Origin: a bacterium
Lineage (GTDB): Bacteria > SZUA-182 > DTGQ01
Direction of reading: 5' to 3'
NCBI GenBank assembly: GCA_040752695.1
Contig: JBFMGO010000080.1
Location: 1 to 28,672 of the forward strand
Length of the DNA stretch: 28,672 nt
Shown in pieces: positions 1-8,098 of this stretch. The notes under the pieces are model-generated. The model had not been told where the DNA came from. It ran no database searches and saw only the letters and a program-made list of their open reading frames with translations. Made by a program: the position numbers and the translations under genes. Each line of letters begins with the position of its first letter. The stretch's first letter is position 1.

Positions 1-595
1 TTATTAAGAGTATTATCTCACAAGCTTTTTTGCTAAAACACAGCTTCGCCCCGTAAATTACATGATTCTGTTCCATTTAAGAATATTTTGATGTTCATTT
101 TGTGTACAATTTAAACACACAGATACATCGGATAAATTTATAATGAAACGTTACTGCCTTCAGGCTTACTTCAGTAGCAATTATCTTTTAGTCTTGACTT
201 AGCTATTATTAATTAAAATAATATATTAATATTGTGTATAATGACTTATAATGATTTATTGTTAATATATAATGGATGCTTAGTGAGATACGATGGGATA
301 TGGAATGCTATCCGAATGCGGGGAAAAACAGCTCATTATTAATTCCAGATATTTTCCGGTTGGATAACGGGGAGGGTGCATATCGACGGATTCTCATACC
401 TTCGATATTCATGCTTTTAAAATCTTACCGTCTGGCTATGGTCTCGGGGAGAGTTACGTAAAGCCGGGCTGTTTCATTCTTGAAGGATGTTTTATTGGCT
501 GCAATCTCTGAATTCACATGGCGTAATAACTTGACGGTGTACAGTGTTAAATTGTAATTTAGTAAAATAAAAAATGAAATATTATCAGGGAATAT

Positions 596-670
596 ATGAA
601 ACATACGGAACACACAGGATACACGGAAGAATACAAAGTCTTTTCCGTATATTCCGTGTGTTTCGTGGTT
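596..670. repeat. Imperfect inverted repeat built from 9-bp units (YAYACGGAA), REP-like intergenic hairpin
   Basis: Left units catacggaa/cacacagga/tacacggaa (602-628); the right arm (641-670) reverse-complemented reads aaccacgaaa-cacacggaa-tatacggaaaa; 596-610 pairs with 652-666. Confidence 0.75.
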
Positions 671-766
671 AATATCCTTGCTATTAGCTTAGCTTAAAAT
701 ATCTCTCTAAGATTTTTACGAGGTGTGCGCGGGGGAGTATTACAGCATCACCCAATGGATACCGGG

Positions 767-2536
767 TTAAATACTCCACTGGCCACGGTTTTTGATGGCC
801 TGAAGCCGGTGCCAGACCTCGACATGGAACCAGTTTTTCAGTATCCATCGAATATTCATCCTTAAGAGCCGTGTTGGCCACTCCAGTTCCTTTTTTTCGC
901 AGATGGTGGATTCGCTCAACTTGCGGACTCTGGATCTGAGCAGTTGTAATTGCTTTTCTTTTTCGGCCTCATCGGGCAGAAGCATGACTTCATCGATCTC
1001 TTTCAGTGCCTGGACTGCCAGCATGGCCCGTTTTTCCGTCCTCACGGCCTTTTTCGGATCGATCAGGCCGTATTGGGCTTTCAGCCGGTTGAGGATCATC
1101 CCGGCCTCGTAGGAGCTGTCCACGATTTCTTGTCTGGTCATCCACTCGGTTTCGTAGCTCAGCACATATTTCCAACTGGCGCTTTCCATGGCCTTGCGGT
1201 GTTCCTCCACGGTGCGGCAAAAAATTTTGTAGCCAAATTTTTCCGGGTTTTCGAAGGCTTCGCTTCCAGGATCGATAAAAGGCGCGTAGGGGGAAATAAA
1301 GGGAATCAGCCGCCTGGTATGTCCGAATTGTTCCAGCAGCACCCGGCAATAGTCTACGGTATTCAGCACGGATTGATAGGTCTGTTTGGACAGGCCGATC
1401 ATGAAAAAAAGATCGATACGCCGGCACCCCAGACGCAAAGAGGTATCGATCATTCGCTCCAGGTCCTCGTTCCCGTACGGACGTCCGAAGGTCCTTCGGA
1501 CCTCTTCGTCATGAGACTCGGGAGACATTTCGATATTGAAATTGGGGACGGCATCGGCGATCCTCTCCAGAATATCGTCTGCGGGCGGAACGAAAAATTC
1601 CACTGCTACGGGATTGCGGATTTTCTGTTTTTTCAGCTCCTTCAGCAGTCTCAGGGCATAATCGCGGCCCGGCTGCATCATGTCACCGATGATGATGATC
1701 GGTGCATTCAAGCTGTTATCGATGGTTTTCATATCGCGGGCCAGAGTTTCCGGACTTTTATAGGCCGGCTTTGGCCGGTTGCAGTTTTTCCGGAAAGCGT
1801 AGGCGGCGCCTCCGCAGGTCCGGCAGGTATGCGTGCATCCTCTGACGTTAAAGACGGCAGTGGCCGGATAGTTCAACCAGTTCTGGTAAGGGGTATATCC
1901 AGCCAGGTCCCGGTATCTCATGACTTTTTTCATGATATGGGAATAATCGATCTTGATGCCGTCAAGATCGGCAGGCACGTTGGTCAGGGGATTGACCCTG
2001 ACCTTACCCTGATCATCCCGCCAGGTCAGATTGGGGATATTCTCCAGAGATCCTCCCGTCTTGATTGCGGTCATGAGTTGCCGCAGGGGCTCTTCGGTGG
2101 AATCTCCCCGCATGACGTAATCTATCTGGGGATAGCACTGGATCAACTCTTCATGGTAATAGGTGGAGGACAGTCCCCCGAAGATCACCGGTATGTCCGG
2201 GTGGTATTTTTTCACGATTTCAGCCAGGGCCAGACTCCCCTGGACATGGGGCATCCAGTGCAGGTCAATTCCGAAGATGCGAGGATGCAACTCCCTGATT
2301 GTCTTTTCCACATCAAAGCTCTTGCTTCGCAGCATCTTCACGGCGATATTGATAATACGGACATGATAGCCAAACCGGCTGAGGTATTCCGAAATACTGG
2401 TAAATCCGATAGGATACATTTCAAAAACCGGAGTCGATGGCACGAGGTCACTGATTGGCCCGAATAATATCGATCTTTTTCGAAAGTCATAAACAGTCGG
2501 CGGGTGAAGCAAAATTAAATCTGCCTCTTGTCTCAT
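767..2536 (-). CDS. Cobalamin-binding radical SAM protein (resembles TIGR04190/Ta0216 family)
   Basis: 589 aa; N-terminal B12-binding-type Rossmann region (GIDLHW...IFGG...RGDSTE); radical SAM motif RGCTHTCRTC (CxxxCxxC); N-terminus DLILLHPPTVYDFR recalled as typical of TIGR04190. ATG overlaps the selB stop (ATGA, 2533-2536). Confidence 0.85.
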   Translation of the reverse strand: MRQEADLILLHPPTVYDFRKRSILFGPISDLVPSTPVFEMYPIGFTSISEYLSRFGYHVRIINIAVKMLRSKSFDVEKTIRELHPRIFGIDLHWMPHVQGSLALAEIVKKYHPDIPVIFGGLSSTYYHEELIQCYPQIDYVMRGDSTEEPLRQLMTAIKTGGSLENIPNLTWRDDQGKVRVNPLTNVPADLDGIKIDYSHIMKKVMRYRDLAGYTPYQNWLNYPATAVFNVRGCTHTCRTCGGAAYAFRKNCNRPKPAYKSPETLARDMKTIDNSLNAPIIIIGDMMQPGRDYALRLLKELKKQKIRNPVAVEFFVPPADDILERIADAVPNFNIEMSPESHDEEVRRTFGRPYGNEDLERMIDTSLRLGCRRIDLFFMIGLSKQTYQSVLNTVDYCRVLLEQFGHTRRLIPFISPYAPFIDPGSEAFENPEKFGYKIFCRTVEEHRKAMESASWKYVLSYETEWMTRQEIVDSSYEAGMILNRLKAQYGLIDPKKAVRTEKRAMLAVQALKEIDEVMLLPDEAEKEKQLQLLRSRVRKLSESTICEKKELEWPTRLLRMNIRWILKNWFHVEVWHRLQAIKNRGQWSI

Positions 2537-4467
2537 GGTGCTTCCCTTCTTTTCTTCAAAATCCTTTTATCCCCCAGTCTCATGGTTACGTTCACGGAAT
2601 CAAAATACTCAAGCAAGGAAATGGCATATTTCCTGGAAAACCCGAATAAGTCCTTGAAAGCAGGTACGGTAATATCCGCCTGCTGCTGGAAATACGCCTC
2701 AAGTCTTTGCTGGGCCTGTGACAGGACTTCATGATGAAGCAGTATCCCCTCCTTCAGCTTTACCAAAAGCCCCTCATCGATTAAGTACTGAATCAGCTTG
2801 GCCACATCGACCCTGGCCCTCTGGCAGGTTTGCATGACATCCTCAAGGTTCGGCGGCTGATACTCTGCCTTAAGGTAGATATCCAGAATTTTCGCCTTTT
2901 GCTCTTCCTCTTCCGGACGTAACGTAACCTGATGGGAGGACAGCCTTAAGTTTTTCTCCTGAATGACGATTTTCCCCTGCTCCAGGAGGGTGGAGAGAAT
3001 CTGGCCATAAAGCCGCGAATCGAGGTCGGACCAAAGCCGGACCTTCAACTCCTCTCTGGACATCCCCCCTTTCAGTGGGAACCTGAGGTGATAATCGGTC
3101 AGGGTTTCAATGGCCTTATCGATCAATTCCTGAAAAGTTTCCTGATGGATAATCCACTGCTCCTGTGCATCAATGACGATACGATGATTTTTTTGTAAAC
3201 AGTCAAGGCCGCTGGCGATCTGGTCATAGTCCAGATTGAGACGGGTTGACAGGCGGCTGGCAGTGATCCCTGTTATCCCCGATTTTCTGATGACAAATTC
3301 AAGGCGTGCCAGGTCCTCGCCTTCTTCCATGATGCCAAGTCCCTGAATAACCGCCTGCTCAAAACGCCGGTGCCTCGATGGAAGATTATCGATGATCACT
3401 CCCCCGCCAATGGTAATGACCGGCGAATAGGAGCGCACGACAAACCGGTCCCTGGCCATCAGGGCCAGAGGTGATTCCAATTGAAATTGAACTAGGGCCT
3501 CCTGACCGGGCTGAAGCTCTTCCTGGTCCAGCAGCTTTACACGCGCCATAACCTCGGATGTTCCTGCATGAAATCTCACGCGGGTCCTGTTCTTGAGCGC
3601 ATGGGAAGCTGAAGGTAAAAGATGAATCCTGCCATCGAGAAGATAGGATACCTGTAAATGAGAGGGAACCGAAACCACATCTCCCCTGCTCAGGTCAGCT
3701 TTTTCCACCCCATGCAGGTTGATGGCCACTCTTTGTCCGGCCATGGCCTCTTCCACCGGCTGGTTATAGACCTGGATTCCACGAACCTTGGCTTGCTTCT
3801 TACAGGGGAAGAGTTCGACAGTCATGCCTTTTTTCAATGTTCCCGAAAGGAGCGTTCCGGTAACTACCGTCCCAAACCCTTTCATGGTGAATATCCGGTC
3901 GATAGGCAGGCGAAAGATGCCCGATGAATTCCGTGGAGAAATGCTTTCGGCAAGGTTTTTCAACCCATCGAGAAGGGCGGGGATACCCTCGCCGGTTGTT
4001 GCAGAGACACAAAAAAGAGGCGCTGTTTCCAGAAAAGACCCTCGAACAAAGCCCCTGACATCCTCCACAACCAGATCCAGCCACTCCGGGTCCACAAGAT
4101 CCTTTTTGGTAATTACCACTACTCCGCGCCGGACCTGAAGCAAGCGGCAGATATCGAAATGCTCAATGGTCTGAAGCATGACTCCTTCGTCAGCAGCTAC
4201 GATAAGCATCACGGCATCGATGCCGGTTACTCCGGCCACCATGTGGCGGACAAACTTCTCATGCCCCGGAACATCGACAATCCCAAGGCACTGTCCGTTG
4301 GGGAAGTCAAGATGGGCAAATCCCAATTCAATCGTAATCCCCCGTTCTTTTTCTTCCTTCAGCCTGTCCGTATCGATGCCGGTCAGGGCCCGAACCAGGG
4401 TTGTCTTCCCATGATCGATGTGTCCGGCGGTTCCAAGAATGATCCATTTACTGCTGGAGGAAGTCAC
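2533..4467 (-). CDS. selB: Selenocysteine-specific translation elongation factor SelB
   Basis: [12 protein letters not shown]-loop, DVPGHE, TKKD, EF-Tu-like domains, C-terminal winged-helix region with [13 protein letters not shown]. Start placed at GTG 4467, which overlaps the selA TGA (GTGA); the ORF track extends to TTG 4485. Confidence 0.96.
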   Translation of the reverse strand: MTSSSSKWIILGTAGHIDHGKTTLVRALTGIDTDRLKEEKERGITIELGFAHLDFPNGQCLGIVDVPGHEKFVRHMVAGVTGIDAVMLIVAADEGVMLQTIEHFDICRLLQVRRGVVVITKKDLVDPEWLDLVVEDVRGFVRGSFLETAPLFCVSATTGEGIPALLDGLKNLAESISPRNSSGIFRLPIDRIFTMKGFGTVVTGTLLSGTLKKGMTVELFPCKKQAKVRGIQVYNQPVEEAMAGQRVAINLHGVEKADLSRGDVVSVPSHLQVSYLLDGRIHLLPSASHALKNRTRVRFHAGTSEVMARVKLLDQEELQPGQEALVQFQLESPLALMARDRFVVRSYSPVITIGGGVIIDNLPSRHRRFEQAVIQGLGIMEEGEDLARLEFVIRKSGITGITASRLSTRLNLDYDQIASGLDCLQKNHRIVIDAQEQWIIHQETFQELIDKAIETLTDYHLRFPLKGGMSREELKVRLWSDLDSRLYGQILSTLLEQGKIVIQEKNLRLSSHQVTLRPEEEEQKAKILDIYLKAEYQPPNLEDVMQTCQRARVDVAKLIQYLIDEGLLVKLKEGILLHHEVLSQAQQRLEAYFQQQADITVPAFKDLFGFSRKYAISLLEYFDSVNVTMRLGDKRILKKRREAP

Positions 4468-5936
4468 GCCTCTTTGCTCCCCCAATACTCAAAGACCTGT
4501 CTCATCGCCCGGATCAGCTCCGGCATATCCTCTTCTTGAATAGTCCGCAGGTTTAACAGGAACCGGCCCTTGTGAATCCGCCCGAGGATGGGAGGATGGC
4601 CAAGCCGAAACTGCTCTTCCAATTCGTTGATTCCTCCAGGAGACACAGAGACTGCCACAGCGAGGGAGGAAACCGCCTGCATCGGAAAAGCGCCTCCGCC
4701 CACCTGTGCATCGTCATCAACGAGTTCTATCCGGATACGCTCATACTCATCCTGAACAGGGCCACCATCATACGAATGCTTTTGCACGGCTGAGGCTGTA
4801 TTCGTCAAAATCCGCCTTCCCCGCTCATACAGAGCCTCAAGGGAGATGGTGATCATGGCCAGGGTCGGTACCTTATGCAGTACAGCCGGACTCTGATAGA
4901 GCCGCAGTGTGCTCTCCAAAGCGGCGAGGGTCATTTTGTCAGGCCGTAAGGCCCGAAAAAGTGGGTTTTTGCGTAAAAGTCCGGCATATTTTTTCTTACA
5001 GAGGATAATCCCTGCCTGAGGGCCGCCAAGGAGTTTATCTCCGCTGAAGGTTACGATATCGAGCCCCTCTTGAACGATCCGGGAGACAAGCGGCTCCTCT
5101 AATCCATACGGGGACAAATCAACCAGCATGCCGCTCCCCAGGTCATAGATAACCACAAGGCCCCGCTCCTTCCCCAGGAGAACCAGATCCTTCAGGCTGG
5201 CCTCTTCGGTAAATCCCATGATCCGGAAATTACTGGGATGCACCTTGAGGATGGCTGCACTCTCAAGGGTAACAGCCTGCCGGTAATCTTCGATGCGGGT
5301 CTTATTGGTAGTTCCGACCTCTACCAGCCTGGCCCCTCCTTTTCTGATAATCTCAGGAACCCTGAAAGACCCTCCGATCTCGACTAACTCTCCCCGCGAG
5401 ACAATGACCTGCCGGGATTCAGCCAGGGTGTTCAGGACCAGGAGCACGCCTGCGGCATTGTTATTCACCACCAGAGCATCCTCTGCGCCGCTCGCATGAC
5501 ACAGCAATCGCGTGACCGGCCAGCCTCTTTTCCCTCTTTTTCCGGTGGAAAGATCAAACTCGAGACTGCTATACCCGCTGGCGACGATTCCCAGATTCTC
5601 CACCGCTTGCGCTGCTAACACGGCCCGCCCCAGATTCGTATGGAGAATGACCCCTGTGCCGTTGATTACTCTCACCAATTCGGAACAACGGTCATACCGG
5701 AGGTACCGGCTCAGTTCCTCCAGAATAAGGCCTCTGGAAACCCGAAACCCTTCCAGTTCCTCTGGCCTTTGACGGGACAGGATCCACTCTCTTTTCAAGT
5801 CAAGCACCTTCCGGATCCCTTCAACCAGAACCCACCTGGGATAACTGGAAAGCCAATCCCTGATCAGTTCATGGGTTAAAATTGATTCCACTGAAGGAAT
5901 TGACCTGAGGCAGGTATTTTGCAATTCACTCAGCAT
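4464..5936 (-). CDS. selA: L-seryl-tRNA(Sec) selenium transferase SelA
   Basis: VINGTGVILHTNLGRA, SRGELVEIGGSFR, EVGTTNKT and PLP-lysine motif FSGDKLLGGPQAG. Start placed at ATG 5936 (the ORF track starts at 5957). Confidence 0.96.
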   Translation of the reverse strand: MLSELQNTCLRSIPSVESILTHELIRDWLSSYPRWVLVEGIRKVLDLKREWILSRQRPEELEGFRVSRGLILEELSRYLRYDRCSELVRVINGTGVILHTNLGRAVLAAQAVENLGIVASGYSSLEFDLSTGKRGKRGWPVTRLLCHASGAEDALVVNNNAAGVLLVLNTLAESRQVIVSRGELVEIGGSFRVPEIIRKGGARLVEVGTTNKTRIEDYRQAVTLESAAILKVHPSNFRIMGFTEEASLKDLVLLGKERGLVVIYDLGSGMLVDLSPYGLEEPLVSRIVQEGLDIVTFSGDKLLGGPQAGIILCKKKYAGLLRKNPLFRALRPDKMTLAALESTLRLYQSPAVLHKVPTLAMITISLEALYERGRRILTNTASAVQKHSYDGGPVQDEYERIRIELVDDDAQVGGGAFPMQAVSSLAVAVSVSPGGINELEEQFRLGHPPILGRIHKGRFLLNLRTIQEEDMPELIRAMRQVFEYWGSKEA

Positions 5937-5992
5937 AACGCCTGTAAACACGAACAATTATTTTATAAGACGATTACTATCCAATACCTATT

Positions 5993-6021
5993 AAAATATC
6001 ATAGCTTAAGTAAAATCTCAA
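5993..6021 (-). promoter_or_regulatory. Putative sigma70 promoter of selA-selB-rSAM
   Basis: Minus strand TTGAGA-17 bp-TATTTT with a TGn extended -10; same layout as the hrcA promoter. Confidence 0.55.
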
Positions 6022-6132
6022 GATTTGATTTAAAGACATCCTTATGCTTCTGGCGTAAAAAAGCAAACGGGCAGCAAATCCTTTCTGATATAAACAAACC
6101 ACCTTTTCGGAAAACATCTGGAAAATAAACGA

Positions 6133-7155
6133 TCAGGCATCCGTATGATTCTCCCGCTCTGCCGGCATCAGGATATGGTGCTTCTTCATGAAGTATCCCA
6201 GATTCCTCCGGTCAATCCCCAGGAGTTTGGCAGTCCTGCTCTTGACCCAATTGGCCCGGTCCAGGGCGTTCAGGATCAATATTCTCTCATACATCAAAAG
6301 TTGATTGCGCAGGTTGAGATCTTTGGTCAAGAGCTTCTTGTCCAGGTGTATGTTCTCCAACTGACCGGTTTCAGGCTGATGATTCTCTCTGATATGAGGA
6401 GGCAGGGTTTCCGGATAGATCTTATCTCTGCTTTCAATAATCATTGCATTCTCTATGACGTTTTTCAATTCGCGAATATTCCCCGGCCAGTCATATCGAA
6501 CGAGCAGTTCCATAGCCTCATTGGATACCCCTTTGGCCTGGGTCTCCATTTCATTGCCATTGACCTGGATAAAATGCTCGATCAGTGAAGGAACGTCTTC
6601 CTTACGTTCCCTCAGAGGAGGAAGAAAGATGGTGATGACACTTAAGCGGTAATAGAGATCCTCACGAAAAGTTCCCTTCTGGGCTGCATCCTTCAGCATA
6701 ACATTCGTAGTGGCAATGACACGAACATCAACCTTAATGGTCTTGCTGCTCCCCACAGGCACGATCTCATCTTCCTGCAGTACCCGCAACAGCTTGGCCT
6801 GTCCGGCCAGGGGCATATTCCCGATCTCATCAAGCAGTATCGTCCCTTTGTTTGCCAATTCAAACCGGCCTTTTCTATCTGACAGAGCACCGGTGTAAGA
6901 CCCTTTCACATGACCGAAAAGCTCGCTTTCCAGCAAAGTTTCACTTAAAGCTGCACAATTTACTTTAATAAACGGGCGACCATTTCGCGAGCTGTGCTTG
7001 TAGATTGCGTTTGCTACCACTTCCTTGCCTGTTCCACTCTCGCCCTGGACCAAAACCGTTGACTTGGTTTTGGCGATTATTCCAATCAGGCGACAAATCT
7101 CTTTGATCTTCTCACTCTTCCCGATGATATCTGCTTGAACGTAGTCCTGACCCAT
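6133..7155 (-). CDS. Sigma54-dependent transcriptional activator (AAA+ plus Fis-type HTH) lacking an N-terminal sensory domain
   Basis: Walker A GESGTGKE, ESELFGHVKGSYTGA (GAFTGA variant), LLDEI, FREDLYYRL, WPGNIREL, C-terminal TAKLLGI HTH. Start placed at ATG 7155 (G-rich RBS); the ORF-track TTG 7236 lies inside the -12 box. Confidence 0.9.
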   Translation of the reverse strand: MGQDYVQADIIGKSEKIKEICRLIGIIAKTKSTVLVQGESGTGKEVVANAIYKHSSRNGRPFIKVNCAALSETLLESELFGHVKGSYTGALSDRKGRFELANKGTILLDEIGNMPLAGQAKLLRVLQEDEIVPVGSSKTIKVDVRVIATTNVMLKDAAQKGTFREDLYYRLSVITIFLPPLRERKEDVPSLIEHFIQVNGNEMETQAKGVSNEAMELLVRYDWPGNIRELKNVIENAMIIESRDKIYPETLPPHIRENHQPETGQLENIHLDKKLLTKDLNLRNQLLMYERILILNALDRANWVKSRTAKLLGIDRRNLGYFMKKHHILMPAERENHTDA

Positions 7156-7216
7156 AGTCAATACATCCCCCCGATCAATGTGAACAGGTTCTAATTTCCT
7201 AAGCGGTTCCCTCTGT

Positions 7217-7230
7217 GCATTATATAATGC
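7217..7230. promoter_or_regulatory. Perfect 14-bp palindrome over the predicted sigma54 transcription start; possible operator
   Basis: GCATTATATAATGC is its own reverse complement. Confidence 0.45.
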
Positions 7231-7231
7231 T

Positions 7232-7247
7232 AGCAATTCCTATGCCT
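7232..7247 (-). promoter_or_regulatory. Sigma54 (-24/-12) promoter for the bEBP gene
   Basis: Minus strand AGGCATAGGAATTGCT = GG-N10-GC, matching GGCA-N6-TTGCW. Confidence 0.75.
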
Positions 7248-7368
7248 GACTAAAACCTTAAAACCTTCCCTCACTTTTCCCCCGGTATTCGTATGCCATT
7301 ATTCACGGTAAGTTACCCGGACCGCAAGACCGAAAATGCCTGTCAGAATCTGTGTAGAACTCCATTAT

Positions 7369-7431
7369 TGCATTTTCTTTCATATAAGAAATTATTTTCA
7401 TAGTAATCACTACCAGTGCAATTTACTTCAC
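7369..7431. promoter_or_regulatory. Three related quasi-palindromic 15-mers; candidate enhancer (UAS) sites
   Basis: TGCATTTTCTTTCAT (7369), AGAAATTATTTTCAT (7387) and TGCAATTTACTTCAC (7417), about 120-185 bp upstream of the -24 box. Confidence 0.5.
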
Positions 7432-7468
7432 AAAAGTATTTTTAGCTGCCCTTAGATCATCTTCTCTG

Positions 7469-7497
7469 TTGATTTTTTTATTCTCTTGAGATAAACT
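7469..7497 (+). promoter_or_regulatory. Candidate sigma70 promoter for the upxY-like gene
   Basis: TTGATT-17 bp-TAAACT; GAGGAG RBS at 7533-7538. Confidence 0.35.
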
Positions 7498-7549
7498 GAG
7501 TGATTATCTTAGTATACTTTCTATTTTTACACGAGGAGTCAAATCGAGT

Positions 7550-8098
7550 ATGGAAATAGTTCAGCCCGAAGCAATTACCCAGCCAACGCCAATCCAGGTC
7601 CAATGGTATGGCGTGCATACACGATCTCGTCATGAGCAGGCTGTTTACGAGCGCCTGAAAAGCAAATCAATTCACACCTTTTTACCCAAAATGGAAGTAT
7701 GGAGCAGTAGAAAGGACAGGCAAAAGCGAATCAAGGTGCCGATGTTTCAGGGCTACCTCTTTATCCGGGCCAATCTGGAAAACCGCCTCTGGCTCACGAT
7801 CCTGCAAACACCGGGGGTCGCACAAATCATCTCTAACAGCGGCAAGCCCGTACCTATCCCGGAAAGCCAGATTTCTTCAATCCAGACCATTCTCGAAAAC
7901 GATACAGTCGTTACTCCCTATCCCTATCTGAATGTTGGAGAAAAAGTAAGAGTCGTTGCAGGCCCACTGAAAGGAGTGGAAGGAATTCTTCTGCGCTTTA
8001 AAGCGAATAAACAAAGACTTATTCTCTCGGTGGATCTTTTGCAGCAATCTGTCTGTGTGGAGATGAATACGATCGAAGTGGAACCCTTAAACTTTTAA
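7550..8098 (+). CDS. UpxY/RfaH-like NusG-paralog transcription antiterminator
   Basis: NGN domain (WYGVHTRSRHE...VPMFQGYLFI...TPGV) and KOW motif GEKVRVVAGPLKGVEG; not in a secE-nusG-rplK context. Confidence 0.9.
   Translation: MEIVQPEAITQPTPIQVQWYGVHTRSRHEQAVYERLKSKSIHTFLPKMEVWSSRKDRQKRIKVPMFQGYLFIRANLENRLWLTILQTPGVAQIISNSGKPVPIPESQISSIQTILENDTVVTPYPYLNVGEKVRVVAGPLKGVEGILLRFKANKQRLILSVDLLQQSVCVEMNTIEVEPLNF

Noticed and set aside
596..670. Possible CRISPR array
   Set aside because: Units are 9 bp, contiguous and inverted, with no spacers and no cas genes.
276..881. Short ORFs 276-461 (+), 425-613 (-) and 684-881 (-)
   Set aside because: No motifs or convincing RBS; one starts inside the repeat hairpin and one overlaps the rSAM 3' end.
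950..2467. 505-aa plus-strand ORF antisense to the radical SAM gene
   Set aside because: Codon-register shadow of a clearly real gene, with no recognisable motifs. The same applies to the other long antisense ORFs over selB, envC, hrcA, dnaK and the kinase.
2533..4467. selA and selB both end in UGA (possible Sec read-through)
   Set aside because: UGA follows from the NTGA stop/start overlaps; selB read-through meets TAA after five codons; no convincing SECIS hairpin seen.
5937..6132. Search for tRNA-Sec (selC) or a SECIS-like autoregulatory hairpin in the selA leader
   Set aside because: No cloverleaf or stable hairpin recognisable by eye here or in other intergenic regions; tRNAscan-SE or Infernal would be needed to exclude it.
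7430..7549. ops/JUMPStart element upstream of the NusG paralog
   Set aside because: No GGCGGTAG-like sequence found in the leader.
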